Shown here in pieces: positions 1-13,970 of a stretch of 64,000 bases of DNA; position 1 is the stretch's first letter, and every line of letters begins with the position of its first letter. Made by a program: the position numbers and the translations under genes. The stretch covers positions 186,001 to 250,000 of the forward strand of contig NIVC01000282.1 in the NCBI GenBank assembly GCA_002269645.1. Direction: 5' to 3'. The notes under the pieces are model-generated. The model was not told the origin of the DNA and ran no database searches. It saw only the letters and a program-made list of their open reading frames with translations. This DNA is from Macrostomum lignano (taxonomy: Eukaryota).

Positions 1-385
1 TAGCTTCTGCAAGAGGTACCATAGCTTCTGCAATGGGTACCATAGCTTCTGCAATGGGTACCATAGCTTCTGCAATGGGTACCATAGCTTCTGCAATGGG
101 TACCATAGCTTCTGCAAGAGGTACCATAGCTTCTGCAATGGGTACCATAGCTTCTGCAAGAGGTACCATAGCTTCTGCAAGAGGTACCATAGCTTCTGCA
201 AGAGGTAACATAGCTTCTGCAAGAGGTACCATAGCTTCTGCAATAGGTATCATAGCTTCTGCAAGAGGTACCGTAGCTTCTGCAAGAGGTACCGTAGCTT
301 CTGCAAGAGGTACCATAGCTTCTGCAAGAGGTACCATAGCTTCTGCAAGAGGTACCATAGCTTCTGCAAGGGGCGCCAGAGCTTC
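1..385. repeat. 21-bp tandem repeat (runs off the window start)
   Basis: taccatagcttctgcaagagg units. Confidence 0.97.
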
Positions 386-1466
386 TGCAACTCGCAGACA
401 CCTGATACGTACAAGCCAGCCTGGCAATGTACACACACCCTGTACCAAAAGAGGCTGGCCCCTCCTGAGTTAAGGTGACCGCGCCACCGAATCGAACCCA
501 GAAGCAACAGTCGGACTCGAGGCGGCATCCTCTGTCAAATTTGTCGATAAGTGGACATTGAACCTGGACATTTCTTATCAGGAAAATTCTGCTTCAGCAT
601 TGCATGGCTTACAGATGTCCTGAGGGCCTTCATTGATCGGCTGACTACTCTGTTCTGTTTCGAATTTCTGTCAGCGTTTCTCATCGCCTCCCGAAGGCCT
701 ACTTTTCGATGTCAATTTTGTCACAGGCGGTCAATCAGAAATATGGCTTGAGTTGTAATCCCCCTCCTAGTCTCATGTAATCCCCTTGAAGCAGTGAGGC
801 GTTCCAGTGCTCTAGGCTGAGTCCGATCTTAAGTTGCTTTTCTCAATGATACCACTGGATTTGCTGCGAATAGCGTGGGTGAAGGAACAGACGGTTGACA
901 ATGAGGGGAGCGGTTGATGCCACATAAGTCGGAATTGGAGCCACTGAAGCAACTTGTGGGGCTAAACAACCGAGTTGTGGCGCTAAAGAAGATGTTAAGC
1001 TGTACTTGTGACCCAGAATTTCTTGGTAAGGCATACATGTAAGTACGACCGTTCGAGTATTTCTTTTATTACAACACTTTAGTGCAATCAAGGCAGCTGC
1101 GTCATACTCATAAATAATGCATAGATTTCTAAATCTGTGCTCACCAAGACTTTCGGGGAACTCTGTTGCAATCCATCGGACACATAAATGAGAAATGCTA
1201 GACCGAAGCTAGTGACCTGCACTTTGCATTCGCTTCGTAGCTGTAACCCAGTCTGTGCTGCCCAGGCAATTTTACTGAAACAAATTGATTGGCCGACTTA
1301 TCGAGTGCGACACAAGTGAGGGAAGTTTGGCTAGCAGAAGGTAGAAAGCACAATTGATTTTTAAAGTCGCATCGAAGATTCCACTTCGATCTTCCGTGTT
1401 TTTTTAGAACGAAGTGATAAGAAGGGAACTGTGGGAAGGATGCTTCAATTCAGGTTGACGCTGGCG

Positions 1467-2100
1467 CCTCACGTCAACGAGACTCTAGAACCTCACGTCG
1501 AGGAGACTGACTGTGGAACCTCACGTCAAGGGGACTCTAGAACCTCACGTCAAGGGGACTCTAGAACCTCACGTCAAGGGGACTCTAGAACCTCACGTCA
1601 AGGGGACTCTAGAACCTCACGTCAAGGGGACTCTAGAACCTCACGTCGAGGAGACTGTGGAACCTCACTTCAAGGAGACTTTGGAACCTCACGTCGAGGA
1701 GACTGTGGAACCTCACTTCAAGGAGACTTTGGAACCTCACGTCGAGGAGACTGTGGAACCTGACGTCAAAGGGACTCTAGAACCTCACGTCAAAGGGACT
1801 CTAGAACCTCACGACAAGGAGACTCTAGAACCTCACGTCAAAGGGACTCTAGAACTTCACGACAAGGAGACTCTAGAACCTCACGTCAAAGGGACTCTAG
1901 AACCTCACGTCAAAGGGACTCTAGAACCTCACGTCAAAGGGACTCTAGAACCTCACGTCAAAGGGACTCTAGAACCTCACGTCAAAGGGACTCTAGAACC
2001 TCACGTCAAAGGGACTCTGGAACCTCACGTCAAAGGGACTCTGGAACCTCACGTCAAAGGGACTCTGGAACCTCACGTCAAGTATACAATCGAACCTCAC
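1467..2100. repeat. 24-bp tandem repeat
   Basis: ctctagaacctcacgtcaagggga units. Confidence 0.97.
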
Positions 2101-2671
2101 GATGGGGAGACAGTTACCAGCACACCAACCCGTAACAGATGCCACCAGTGTTACACTTCAATGAACGCTGTCACAAGTTATACCTTTGATTGTTCACTTT
2201 CGATGCTAAATGGGAGCTGGGGACTATCAGAGATGGGGTAGCAGAGAGAGAGGTTTGAAAGTCCGGTAGACCGCCAGTCATTGGTCCATTACTTCCATCC
2301 GCCATTCGCGCCTTCTCTCTCCCTTTGAACCTTGACAAAAATGCGCTGCAAAATGACGACCGCACACTTGGCTTCCAAGATTGGCCTTCGAACTGCAGTC
2401 CAAGGCAGCTGGCTAACTTTTGGGTAAGTCTGAGGCGCTATCATGTTTCAACTAAATTACTGTAACTGTCATGAAAATATTTCTAACCGAAAATATGGAC
2501 GCTCCGTAGCTAGAAGTGCTTCTCGACCGGATATTCGACTCCCAAAATCCTCAAAGTTTGTCGACTCCGATTTCTCCCTCAACCGCCGGACAATAATCCT
2601 TAACCCCGATTGCCTTTGGAGGATTATGCTCCTATCTACTCGTTCGAGGGGGATTAAAAGTTTTTAGTTGG

Positions 2672-2900
2672 CATTGCTGATTATCATGCTGATTCTCATG
2701 CTGATTCTCATGCTGATTCTCATGCTGATTCTCATGCTGATTATCATGCTAATTCTCATGCTGATTCTCATGCTGATTCTCATGCTGATTCTCATGCTGA
2801 TTCTCATGCTGATTCTCATGCTGATTCTCATGCTGATTCTCATGCTGATTCTCATGCTGATTCTCATGCAAATTATCATGCTGATTCTCAGTCTGATTCT
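2672..2900. repeat. 12-bp tandem repeat
   Basis: atgctgattctc units. Confidence 0.97.
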
Positions 2901-3374
2901 TATGCCGACGTATGTATTAGGCCTCTGCAGTCTTTTTTAGCATGAGTCATATTCCCAGAGCTTCATCGAGAGCAGAAATCCCCCGCGGGCCGCATATGCA
3001 GAGATGCAATCAAGAACCCAAATTGCGTCACCAGAGGACAGGCAGCTATGGTCAATCTTGCGGACTCTGGGCAGCTGCGAGCTTATTTCTAATCAGCAGA
3101 GGAAAAAGTCTCTCGTTCCCCCCGGCCCCTCCAAGTCCCCCCCTCTCGGGCTCTGCTTTTCCAGCCAAGCCTAGGCTTGGGCGAAGAAATCTAGTGATGA
3201 AAGTTTTAGCCAGTTTCCGCTGAGCTCAGCTGATAGCTTCTGCAAGCTGCTGATGGCTTAAGAGCATTTGAGTAGTTGAGCAAGAAATCGTATATGCCTG
3301 GCTTAGAAACTAAACTAGAGGGTTTTCCTGTCTTCTTAGTCTTCTTGGTACCTGCTTTTCGTATGACTGGGGCT

Positions 3375-4490
3375 AATCACTCTTGTACCGTTACTAATTC
3401 AATAGTCACTCTATTACCATGTTTTAATTCAATAGTCACTCTTGTACCATGTTCTAGTTCAATAAATCACTCTTTTACCGTGTTCTAATTCAATAGTCAC
3501 TCCTGTACCGTGTTCTTATTCAATAGTCACTCTTGTACCGTGTTCTTATTCAATAGTCTCTCTTGTACCGTGTTCTAATTCAATAATCACTCTTGTACCG
3601 TTTACTAATTCAATAGTCACTCTATTACCATGTTTTAATTCAATAGTCACTCTTGTACCATGTTCTAGTTCAATAAATCACTCTTTTACCGTGTTCTAAT
3701 TCAATAGTCACTCTTGTACCGTGTTCTAATTCAATAGTCACTCTTGTACCGTGTTCTAATTCAATAGTCACTCTTGTAACGTGTTCTAATTCAATAGTCT
3801 CTCTTGTACCGTGTTCTAATTCAATAATCACTCTTGTACCGTGTTCTAACTCAATAGTCACTCTTGTACCATGTTCTAGTTCAATAAATCACTCTTTTAC
3901 CGTGTTCTAATTCAATAGTCACTCTTGTACCGTGTTCTAATTCAATAGTCACTCTTGTACCATGTTCTAACTCAATAGTCACTCTTGTACCGTGTTCTAA
4001 CTCAATAGTCATTCTTGTACCATGTTCTAGTTCAATAATCACTCTTGTATCGTGTTCTAACTCAATAGTCACTCTTGTACCGTGTTCTAACTCAATAGTC
4101 ATTCTTGTACCGTGTTCTAACTCAATAGTCACTCTTGTACCGTGTTCTAATTCAATAGTCACTCTTGTAGCGTGTTCTAATTCAATAATCACTCTTGTAC
4201 CGTGTTCTAACTCAATAGTAACTCTTGTACCGTGTTCTAACTCAATAGTCATTCTTGTACCGTGTTCTAACTCAATAGTCACTCTTGTAGCGTGTTCTAA
4301 TTCAATAGTAACTCTTGTACCGTGTTCTAATTCAATAGTAACTCTTGTACCGTGTTCTAATTCAATAGTCACTCTTGTACCGTGTTCTAACTCAATAGTC
4401 ACTCTTGTACCGTGTTCTAACTCAATAGTCATTCTTGTACCGCGTGTTTTGATTCAATAATCACTCTTGTACACAATGTTATAATTCAAT
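3375..4490. repeat. 30-bp tandem repeat
   Basis: ttcaatagtcactcttgtaccgtgttctaa units. Confidence 0.97.
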
Positions 4491-5506
4491 AGGCTCTTTT
4501 GTGCCGTGTTCTACTGTACGATTGGTTGGGGGCAGCTCTGATCACACAATGTTGATGATGATCTCTGCGCATCTTCCCTTTTTTTGCAGTAGCACTCTTA
4601 GAGACTTTTTTCTCTGTTGGAGTCTGCCCAGCCTTGACCCCCCTGATGAGCTCCCACCTCAGAGTGCTAATTTGCCAATAACAAGCGGTGAATTATTTTT
4701 TATGCATTTATTTTCCTATCCATAGCCGTACGCGGAGTGACGGCCTCATAAAATCCAAATGCTAAAAATTCTAGTCATGACACGCAAAGCAGCTTCCACT
4801 GCCCAGTATGAACTGGCTACAGACTCCCGTCTTGTATATTGCTACATGCAAATATTGCGGACTGAATCAAGCCCCAGTTTCACCCTTATCTAGCAGGCGT
4901 TGCGGGCGACGACTTCATTAGAGGAGAGTAGCGAACGCCAGGCAAACAGGAACGGCGAGTGTGAGAGAGGAAGATAGAGTGAAAAGGAGAGACGGCCGAC
5001 AGTCCGACAGTCGGCAGTCAGCTGTAAATCTCGGGCCGAAAACCCAGCCGACAAAATGTCCCATCCTATGCCCCCCCCTCTGACCAGCCTTCCATTCTCC
5101 TTCAGTTGCCCCTTCCTTCCCTAGTAATCTGATTGCAGCTGCGAAGATTCTTCTGGAGAGAAATAGAAAGAAAAGATAGAGAAAGCGATGGAGAGCGGAT
5201 GCTATCTACAGACCGGTCCGCCCCTCACCCCTTCTCTCCGCATCTCGTCTCTTCTCGACAGGCCCGAAGTCCGCGCGGCCCCCTCCTGAAGCAGCGCGTC
5301 GAGCAGCGTCCACTCAGTCTGCGCCCAGACTCCGGCAGAATTTACGCTTCCCGCTTCGATGGAGGTGGCCCCTAATTGACTCAATCGAGTGAAGTGGCTT
5401 GACTTGCCTCTCGCCAGCCGGCATTCGAGTACTTCTCTCGAGTCTTTGAAAATCCGCTAACCAGCACAGCCTGTCTGTCCTCCCGCTTCATCCGCTGACA
5501 GCCAGA

Positions 5507-8500
5507 ATGCCTTCGATTCTGCTGTTATTGCCGCTGTTGTTAGTCAGTCCCAGCCGGCAGCTCGAACTCGCCAGCCCAGACCAGCAGCAGCAGCAGCAGC
5601 AGCAGAACCCCTACCAGATGTGCGCCTCTGAGGCCGCCAACTGCACCTGCAGCTGGCAGCAGTTTCACAACCTGTCCAGGCATAACAACCTCAGAGTACT
5701 GAGCTGTTCCAACTATCAACTGCTCAATCATTTCTCCTCAGTGATTCGAGTTGCGGACTTTCGGCACAACTCTGTGCTGTCATTCGACAGGCTGCTTCGG
5801 ATCATCATCTACAAGGAGATCTTCATGCTGAACGCGGCGCACAATGACATCTCCGACCTGCAGTGCACCGCCTTCAACCGGCTGCACAAAGTCTCTTGGC
5901 ACAGCTTGGAGTACCTCGACCTCTCCAACAACATCATTCGCGGCATTGACCGGACGTACTTTGACATCTTTCCCAACTTGACCCACCTTCTACTTGCCGA
6001 CAATCGAATCGAGCGGCTGCCCGAGGGAGTGTTTGCGCAGCAGACCAAACTGCGCCAGCTGACGTTGTCCGGCAACCCGTTGAAGACGCTGGAAACGGAT
6101 CCGTTCAAGTCGGGTTATCCGGCCAACCTGGAGCTGCTCAATCTGAGCCGGTGCGATTTGACTGAGGCTGAGCCGGACTTCTTTGCGTCTACTTTTTTCC
6201 TGAGAACGCTGGACATGTCAAGAAATTGGCTGTCACACCTGCCGCAGACAGGCTACCCCAGCTTGAAAGCTCTCAACAGTCTGGACCTCTCCGACAACCG
6301 GTTTGAGTCAACTCCGATCCGGTTCCTGAGAACATTCCGACGTCTGGAGCTCCTACGGTTGGACGACAACCGACGAATCCGTCGACTGGCCCGCGACGAC
6401 CTCGCAGGGGTGAACGCCAGCCGGATCTTCATGCGCCAGTGCGGACTTCGCACCATCAACGCCATGGCTGTGCACGGAGTGCCCTACCTGCACGAGCTGA
6501 ACTTGGACGACAATCGCCAGCTGTCGTTTGTGCACCATCGGGGCTTTCACGACGTGGTCCAGCTTAGACGGCTGAGTCTGGTGAAGTGCGGCTTGCACAG
6601 CCTGCCAGGAGAGTTGACAGGCCAGGTGCTCAACACCGTTGTAGACATCCGCTACAACCCTCTCTGGTGTCTCTGCGACAACGCTTGGATATCCAACAGG
6701 CTGCTGCCTCGGCCATCTAAGGTGACCTTTTCTGACCCCGATGAGCTCTTCTGCACCTCCTACTCTGTAGTGACGCCTTCACGAGGCGAGCCGTTCACCG
6801 TTATCGACCGGCGACGGATGCTGAAGGCTAACAGTAAGTTTTTCTTGCCCTGGTAGGCAATTAGATTGATCAAATCATTTTGCCACACGTCTGTAGCTTC
6901 TGCAATAAAGCATAGAATCTGTGTTGAACCGACCTATGTAAAGGAATATTGCTAGACCCTATGATTGCAGTAGCAGCGCAGAAAGCAGAAAAACAAAACA
7001 CAAGCCACTGCCCTGTGATTGACAACCAGGGCGTGCTTCTTTCTGCTGCAGCCCGCATCGAAAGTTCCCTTAGCTACATAGAATTCGTCCTTCATCAGCG
7101 AATGTTGCATCTGGTATTGCTAGCAGCTCTCTGCCCTTACCATCAAAATTTCTCAAATGGAAATTATTACAAAGCAGTTCTTCCTCTTCTGCGAATTTGA
7201 AAGCACTAAACTAGCGTTACAATTGTTGCACTGAATTTTTTGTAGTCGTGCCGACATAATATACCTGAAGGCATATAGCTTATCATGACATTAGCATATT
7301 GTTTGCAGCTCATATCCATTCATATCTTTAATAAATCGTTTCACTTTATACTTGAAGTTTGGCAATCGTGCGAGCTCCCTGAAATCAAATAATTGTGATA
7401 TGGCATCAGTCATTAGTAACTTTCTGCGGCAACTTTGCATCCTTGACCTTAGTCTAATTGTATTTTATACACGAGAGAACCCGTAAGATAAAAAGGGAAG
7501 ATTGTGAAAATGCATTTCAACTACTGATAGTAGCTTTAGTCCGTGGAAATATCAGTAGTCCGGTTATTTCGGGGTTTTAAGGACTCGATACAAAGTAGAA
7601 AACAGTTGGGAGTTTCTCTGTCCGAGCTTGCCTTAATTGAAGGCTGCTCAAACAAATTAAGACAAACACCCTTTACGTCTGCATCAGTGTCTGAATTGAT
7701 GTTCCACTTTTTTGAATAAAAATGGAGTTAGTTCAAACTTGATGGTAAAATGTGTAATATTACGAGTAAAACTAGACCTCAAGGACTACGATTCCATGTT
7801 CAGTGACGTGAACGTCCCACACTAACAATGATATCCACTATGTAGTCATTAAGCGACCTACTATTTACACGACCGCACGATCCAGTATCAAGAGACACGG
7901 GATGCCCACCGCGCATCTATCACCCGCTGTCAAACCTGACCGTGGAGCTGTTCCAAGGCGACCGCGTGATCCTGGAGTGCCTCACCACCGGTCTGCCTCG
8001 GCCCAGCGTCTACTGGATGTTCCCCGACAATGACACGCACCTGGAGTCCCAGCAGCCGCAGGTGACATCCCTGTCGCCCAATCGAAAGCGAATTCACCTT
8101 GCCGACGGATTGCTAGACCTGCGCGACGCTCGAGTGTCCGACAGCGGCCGGTATACCTGCAATGCGTTCAACTCGCACGGACGCCGGAACGTGAGCTATG
8201 TTCTCGTTGTTCAGTCTCTACTGCTGCAGCTGGTGCCGGTGACAGCCGGCACGGATCGTCTCACCGTCACTTGGCGTGGCGCCGACAGGTGTGCATACAT
8301 TTGCTGGATTACATGGGCTAGTCTGCATGCACTAGTGACCAAGATGCACGAACGACTAGAAAATGCCAATACGTCACTCCTTCAAGGCTTCCAACATGCT
8401 TATTCAATGAAGGTTGCGTTTCAATGAAGGTTTATTTTAAAAAGATTATTGAACGAACTCATTTTAATCTGTCGGAACTAGGGAAAAGCGAAGTTAATGC

Positions 8501-10826
8501 TCTATGTACCAATGTGCATCAATCAGGACGGTATCCTGCCATAAACAACAAAGGAAATGCAATTATAAAAATCCCTCCGCTAAGTGCTTAAAAAATCTGA
8601 TTTTCCGTCTTGATAAGCATTATTAAGCAAAATTAGGCTTTTAAATAACTTTCCAGGAAACGTTTGTGTTACGCCTCATTACCGAGGTAACTTCTAGCGT
8701 AGTGACGTACGCAGAGGGGGCCCAGAAAAGGTGACGAGGCCCCCACCAATCACCCCCACAAAAATTTGCGCTCCTCTTAAAGCTTAATGAAAAAGGTGAA
8801 CAAGCTCGACAAATTACAGGAGTTAAAACTTTTGTCACCTCATGGACTTGGTATCTAAGGACTATTAGGTGACAGGGGCGCCCACTAAGAAACAGGGGTG
8901 CCCACTAAGAGACAGGGGCGCCCACTAAGAGACAGGGGCTCCCACTAAGAGACAGGGGCGCCCACTAAGAGACAGGGGCGCCCAATAAGAAACAGGGGTG
9001 CCCACTAAGAGACAGGGGCTCCCACTAAGAGACAGGGGCTCCCACTAAGAGACAGGGGCTCCCACTAAGAGACAGGGGCGCCCAATAAGAGACAGGGGCT
9101 CCCACTAAGAGACAGGGGCTCCCACTAAGAGACAGGGGCTCCCACTACTCGTAAGAGACAGGGGCGCCCACTAAGAGACAGGGGCGCCCACCAAGAGACA
9201 GGGGCTCCCACTAAGAAACAGGGGTGCCCACTAAGAGACAGGGGCTCCCACTAAGAGACAGGGGCTCCCACTAAGAGACAGGGGCGCCCACTAAGAAACA
9301 GGGGTGCCCACTAAGAGACAGGGGCGCCCACTAAGAGACAGGGGCTCCCACTAAGAGACAGGGGCGCCCACTAAGAGACAGGGGCTCCCACTAAGAGACA
9401 GGGGCGCCCACTAAGAAACAGGGGTGCCCACTAAGAGACAGGGGCTCCCACTAAGAGACAGGGGCTCCCACTAAGAGACAGGGGCTCCCACTAAGAGACA
9501 GGGGCGCCCACTAAGAGACAGGGGCGCCCATCAAGAGACAAGGGGCGCCCCCTAAGAGACAGGGGCGCCCAAAAAGAGACAGGAACTCCCACCAAGGCAT
9601 CAAATACGAACCCGGGCGCCTCTTAGGGCTACAATTCCCTCCAGTTAAAATTGCTGCAAAAACAAACACAAACTCGGTACAGGTGGCACCAAATATCATT
9701 CAAGTGCAAAATGAGTGAACACGAGCGCCATCAAATTCAAGGTTGCACGCCGAGTACTACCTCATCGGCTACAGAGAGGTGGACTCCTACGAAGTGTCGC
9801 CTCGCAGGCGACTGGCCTTCCGATCCGTTTATCCCATCCGGCACGAGTGGAGGGCATTCACTGCGCACCACCTGCGCCCGGCCAGGTACTACCAGTTCTG
9901 CCTGGTGCACCGGCATGCCAGGCACCTGTACGATAACGGCAGCAGCCGGATGGACATTCACCTGGTGGAGTTTCCGCTAGTGTTTAACAATGGCCAGTGT
10001 GTTATTATGCGAACAAAGTATAGCATTGAGCGACTTTATGGACACGGAATCTACAGGTGAGTTGGCGTTAATACTGGTCTTTAAGTGAACATTAACTGGC
10101 AAAAAATATTTTCGCTAATAGTTTTAATGAGTAATGATACGGCGGGAGAATACCTTAGCGACAGACACCAATAGGGGGAATCCCTTAGCAACGGTCAACG
10201 ATACAGCTGGGAAATCCCTTAGCAACAGTCACCGATACAGCTAGGAAATCCCTTAGCAACGGTCACCGATACAGCGAGAGAATTCCTTAGCGACAGTCAC
10301 CGATAAGGGGAATCCTTTAGCAACGGTCATCGATACAGCTGGGGAATCCCTTAGCAACAGTCACTGATACAGCTGGAATACATCTTACAGCAACTAACTT
10401 AAGCTACGTCTTCTTGAACTCCTGCAACTCGAACTCCTTGAATCAAAGCTTGCATCATAGAACACATGGTTACACCTTGGCAGAGTTGCGCACCACAGCA
10501 CCGTGTACATCCTGTTCGGCATGGTGTTCGGCGTTCTCTTTCTCTGCTGCATGACCGCTCTGGTTTATCAGCGCAGCTGCAAGAAAATGCGCCTCAACAG
10601 GAAGCAGTACCGCTACTCGACTGTCGGCTACCGCGACGGAGGCAACAGTCTGCAAATGAAAGTCCTGCTTGACGGAGTTTCCGACACGGCTTCTCCGTCG
10701 CGATCTGCGCCGGCCTCAACGGTGGCTACAGCCCCATCGACGACGGCAGCTAAAGAGGCCGTCACGACAGACGTTTACGGATCCAGCAGCAACCTGCTGA
10801 TGCATTCGGAGACTGGCAGCTGGTGA
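5507..10826 (+). CDS. LRR-Ig-FN3 single-pass membrane receptor (LRRN/LRFN-like), 4 exons, ~795 aa
   Basis: join(5507..6833,7886..8288,9742..10056,10484..10826). GT-AG junctions keep one frame (2388 nt). Signal peptide MPSILLLLPLLL, many LxxLxLSxN repeats, LRRCT (NPLWCLCD), Ig domain (LECLTTGLPRPSVYW, DSGRYTC), FN3-like exon, TM helix (VYILFGMVFGVLFLCCMTALVY) followed by a basic stop-transfer segment. The exon 3 acceptor is weak. Confidence 0.88.
8868..9575. repeat. 20-bp tandem repeat (LRR gene intron 2)
   Basis: cccactaagagacaggggc(g/t) units. Confidence 0.97.
10140..10385. repeat. ~33-bp tandem repeat (LRR gene intron 3)
   Basis: gggaatcccttagcaacagtcaccgatacagct units. Confidence 0.93.
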
Positions 10827-11029
10827 ATTAGCTTTGGCACAGAGCCAGTTTAATTTTTATTCGTAAAAATGATGTATATGATCGCTGCTTCTGTTGTATC
10901 TTGCAATTTTTGTTTTAACTTACTGAATTGAATCAGTAGCCTGATATGTAGTAGCCACGGCCTTTGAGAATGTTAAAAATATGTCGTTTTTTTCTAATGT
11001 TCATGACTGAAAGCTTGCCTATGGTATGG

Positions 11030-11550
11030 CTAAAGGGGAATCCCTTTACAACAGTCACCGATACATCTGGGGAATCCCTTAGCAACGTCACCGATACCGC
11101 CGGGGAATCCCTTAGCAAATAGCAACAGTCCTTAGTAACAGTCACCGACACAACTGGGAAATCCCTTATCAACAGTCACCGATACATCTGGGGAATCCCT
11201 TAGCAACAGTCACCAATATCGCTGGGATGAATCCCCTAGCAACAGTCACCGATACATCTGGGGAATCCCTAGCAACAGTCACCGATATAGCTGGGGAATC
11301 CCTTTAGCAATAGTCACCGATACATCTGGGGAATCCCCTAGCAACAGTCACCGATAGCTGGGGAATCCCTAGCAACAGTCACCGATACATCTGGGGAATC
11401 CCCTAGCAACAGTCACCGATATAGCTGGGGAATCCCTTTAGCAATAGTCACCGATATAGCTGGGAAATCCCTTAGTAACAGTCACCGATACAGTGGGGAA
11501 TCCCTTAAGCAACAGATACCGACACAACTGGGAATCCCTTAGCAACAGAC
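11030..11550. repeat. ~33-bp tandem repeat, same family as 10140..10385
   Basis: Same unit, located 3' of the stop codon. Confidence 0.93.
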
Positions 11551-12196
11551 ATCATTACTCGGGCAGAATCATTTCTCCTATACAAACATTTACCAACATT
11601 CACCAGTACTTTGCACAGGCACGAATGTTTCACATGACTGTTTCTTATTTATATGCATAGCTAGCGATTTTATGCATGATTAATTCTTTAACGACGCTTC
11701 TACACCAAAACATTAATTAAACGCAATTATTTGGACTAGCAAAACCTGCATATTTTCTAGAAAAATTTTTATGCTTTAAAATATAATAGCATATCAGCTA
11801 ATTACAGAAAACACTGTGTATACAAAGAGCAATGCTATTGCCATAGCTATAAAACTTTCCTTGCATTCAACAACTGCATGGCACAAACCAATCACTGGCT
11901 TATTCTAAGAAGCTGTGCGAATCACCGGAATGATGAAGCTGCTCGGATCTCATGTGTTGTACCTCATCAGGGCAGCTCTCTTGCAGTAGTTAAACTAACA
12001 GACTGGCATGGGTGCAACAGCAATGATGAAGTTTCCTTTTGATTAGATTTATTTCCCTTGAGAATGGAGAGAAGAGAGAAGCTGAGAAACGCCATGGAGA
12101 GCAGAACATGCTGCAAATAAAATATTAACTCTAATATTCCACTCCATTGCTGCATTTGCTAATGTAAAACTAGAGTTCATCAGATACAAGTACACT

Positions 12197-12995
12197 CCTC
12201 TGTTCCACTCTGTTCCATTCTGTTCCACTCTGTTCCACTCTGTTCCACTCTGTTCCACTCTGTTCCACACTGTCCCACACTGTCCCACACTCTGTTCCAC
12301 ACTGTCCCACACTCTGTTCCACTCTGTTCCACACTGTTCCACACTGTCCCACACTGTCCCACACTCTGTTCCACACTGTCCCACACTCTGTTCCACTCTG
12401 TTCCACACTGTCCCACACTCTGTTCCACTCTGTCCCACACTCTGTTCCACTCTGTTCCACACTGTCCCACACTCTGTTCCACACTGTCCCACACTCTGTT
12501 CCACTCTGTTCCACACTGTCCCACACTCTGTTCCACTCTGTTCCACACTGTCCCACACTCTGTTCCACACTGTCCCACACTCTGTTCCACTCTGTTCCAC
12601 ACTGTCCCACACTCTGTTCCACACTGTCCCACACTCTGTTCCACTCTGTTCCACACTGTCCCACACTCTGTTCCACTCTGTTCCATTCTGTTCCATTCTG
12701 TTCCACTCTGTTCCACTCTGTTCCACTCTGTTCCACTCTGTTCCACTCTGTTCCACTCTGTTCCACTCTGTTCCACTCTGTTCCACTCTGTTCCACTCTG
12801 TTCCACTCTGTTCCACTCTGTTCCACTCTGTTCCACTCTGTTCCACTCTGTTCCACACTGTCCCACACTCTGTTCCACACTGTCCCACACTCTGTTCCAC
12901 TCTGTTCCACTCTGTTCCACTCTGTTCCACTCTGTTCCACACTGTTCCACACTCTGTTCCACTCTGTTCCACACTGTCCCACTCTGTTCCACACT
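12197..12995. repeat. 10-bp-based compound repeat
   Basis: ctgttccact / ctgtcccaca units. Confidence 0.97.
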
Positions 12996-13631
12996 GTTTA
13001 ACTCCGCTCTAGTGTGTAAAATACCTCCAGAATTTTCCCGACAGACAGCATGGGCACGCAGAACTTTATGCCATCTGCGGGTTCTGCAGCAAAAGTCGTC
13101 AAACAACGTGTTCTCCGGCAAACACGCAGAGACACGATTAAGAAAAACATCTGCCCGTTTAATCGGTGGCCTTGGTTTGGCCTTTAGCAAACATCAGCGA
13201 GACCAAGCAGTGGGGACGCGCAAGTCTCCGCTGTCCGAGCCGAGTTTGTTTAACCTCGGATTTGTCAATTTTAGTAGTACATATTGATCGTACTGTCTTT
13301 TAGGCCCTCTCCGCCGGGCAACTTGCTCTCTTAGTTGGAGGACTGCCAAGCAGTTTCTGGAAAACAATGGAAGTTGAAGTGGCCAAATGGCGGAGATCAG
13401 CTTTGGGTCTATTGAGGTCGCTGGGCCATGTGTTTGGAGTGGGAAGGCGTGTACTTTTTGTTCTTATGTGGTAGCTCATATATGCATTTTTGTTCAAGTA
13501 AAAATTTCATTATTCCCACACTTTTGTGGCAATCATTCTGTACTTAGTTCTCCAAAAAGCCTTCTGCAACAATTGAATTTGAAAGTTTGAATTTTACCTT
13601 ATACATGTACTTATTTATTTATGTACATTTG

Positions 13632-13970
13632 ACGCTTACGGAGTCGCTCGAGCAACAAGTTGACGCGGCGCACGCTGGCCTGCTGCGCGCCGCGCCTTCA
13701 AGATCGGCTACGAATGAGTGACCAACGCGGCTTTGTATCACCGCGCCGGCCTGGTCCGTCCAAGCCACCTGCTGCACCGTCGGCGACTCCAGCTGGCAGG
13801 CCACATCATCCGCGGGGGCAGGGGACAGGCGCGCACTCGGCGTTTCGTCGACTACCTGCTGGCTGACGCCGGCGCCCCGGATTCGGCCGGCGGTGTGGCG
13901 TTCCTTCGCCACCTGGAATCGAGGCGCGCCCTATGAAGATGAACGCGTATTATGTTGTTGCTGTTGTTAG
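13632..13970 (+). mobile_element. 3' fragment of a non-LTR retrotransposon (RTE-like ORF C-terminus), degenerate
   Basis: TLTESLEQQVDAAHAGLLRA / frameshift / FKIGYE*VTNAALYHRAGLVRPSHLLHRRRLQLAGHIIR, followed by a (GTT)n-like tail. Confidence 0.65.

Noticed and set aside
470-540. Minus-strand B-box (GGTTCGATT) as a tRNA or SINE
   Set aside because: No convincing A box or second copy in the window.
33-4432. Long repetitive ORFs (GTIASA, EPHVKGTL, LILM, TIELEHGTRV)
   Set aside because: Translations of minisatellites whose units lack stops; no non-repeat domains or exon support.
13301-13445. Possible plus-strand exon (ALSAGQLALLVGG...)
   Set aside because: An acceptor is present but there is no clear GT donor, partner exon or recognisable motif.
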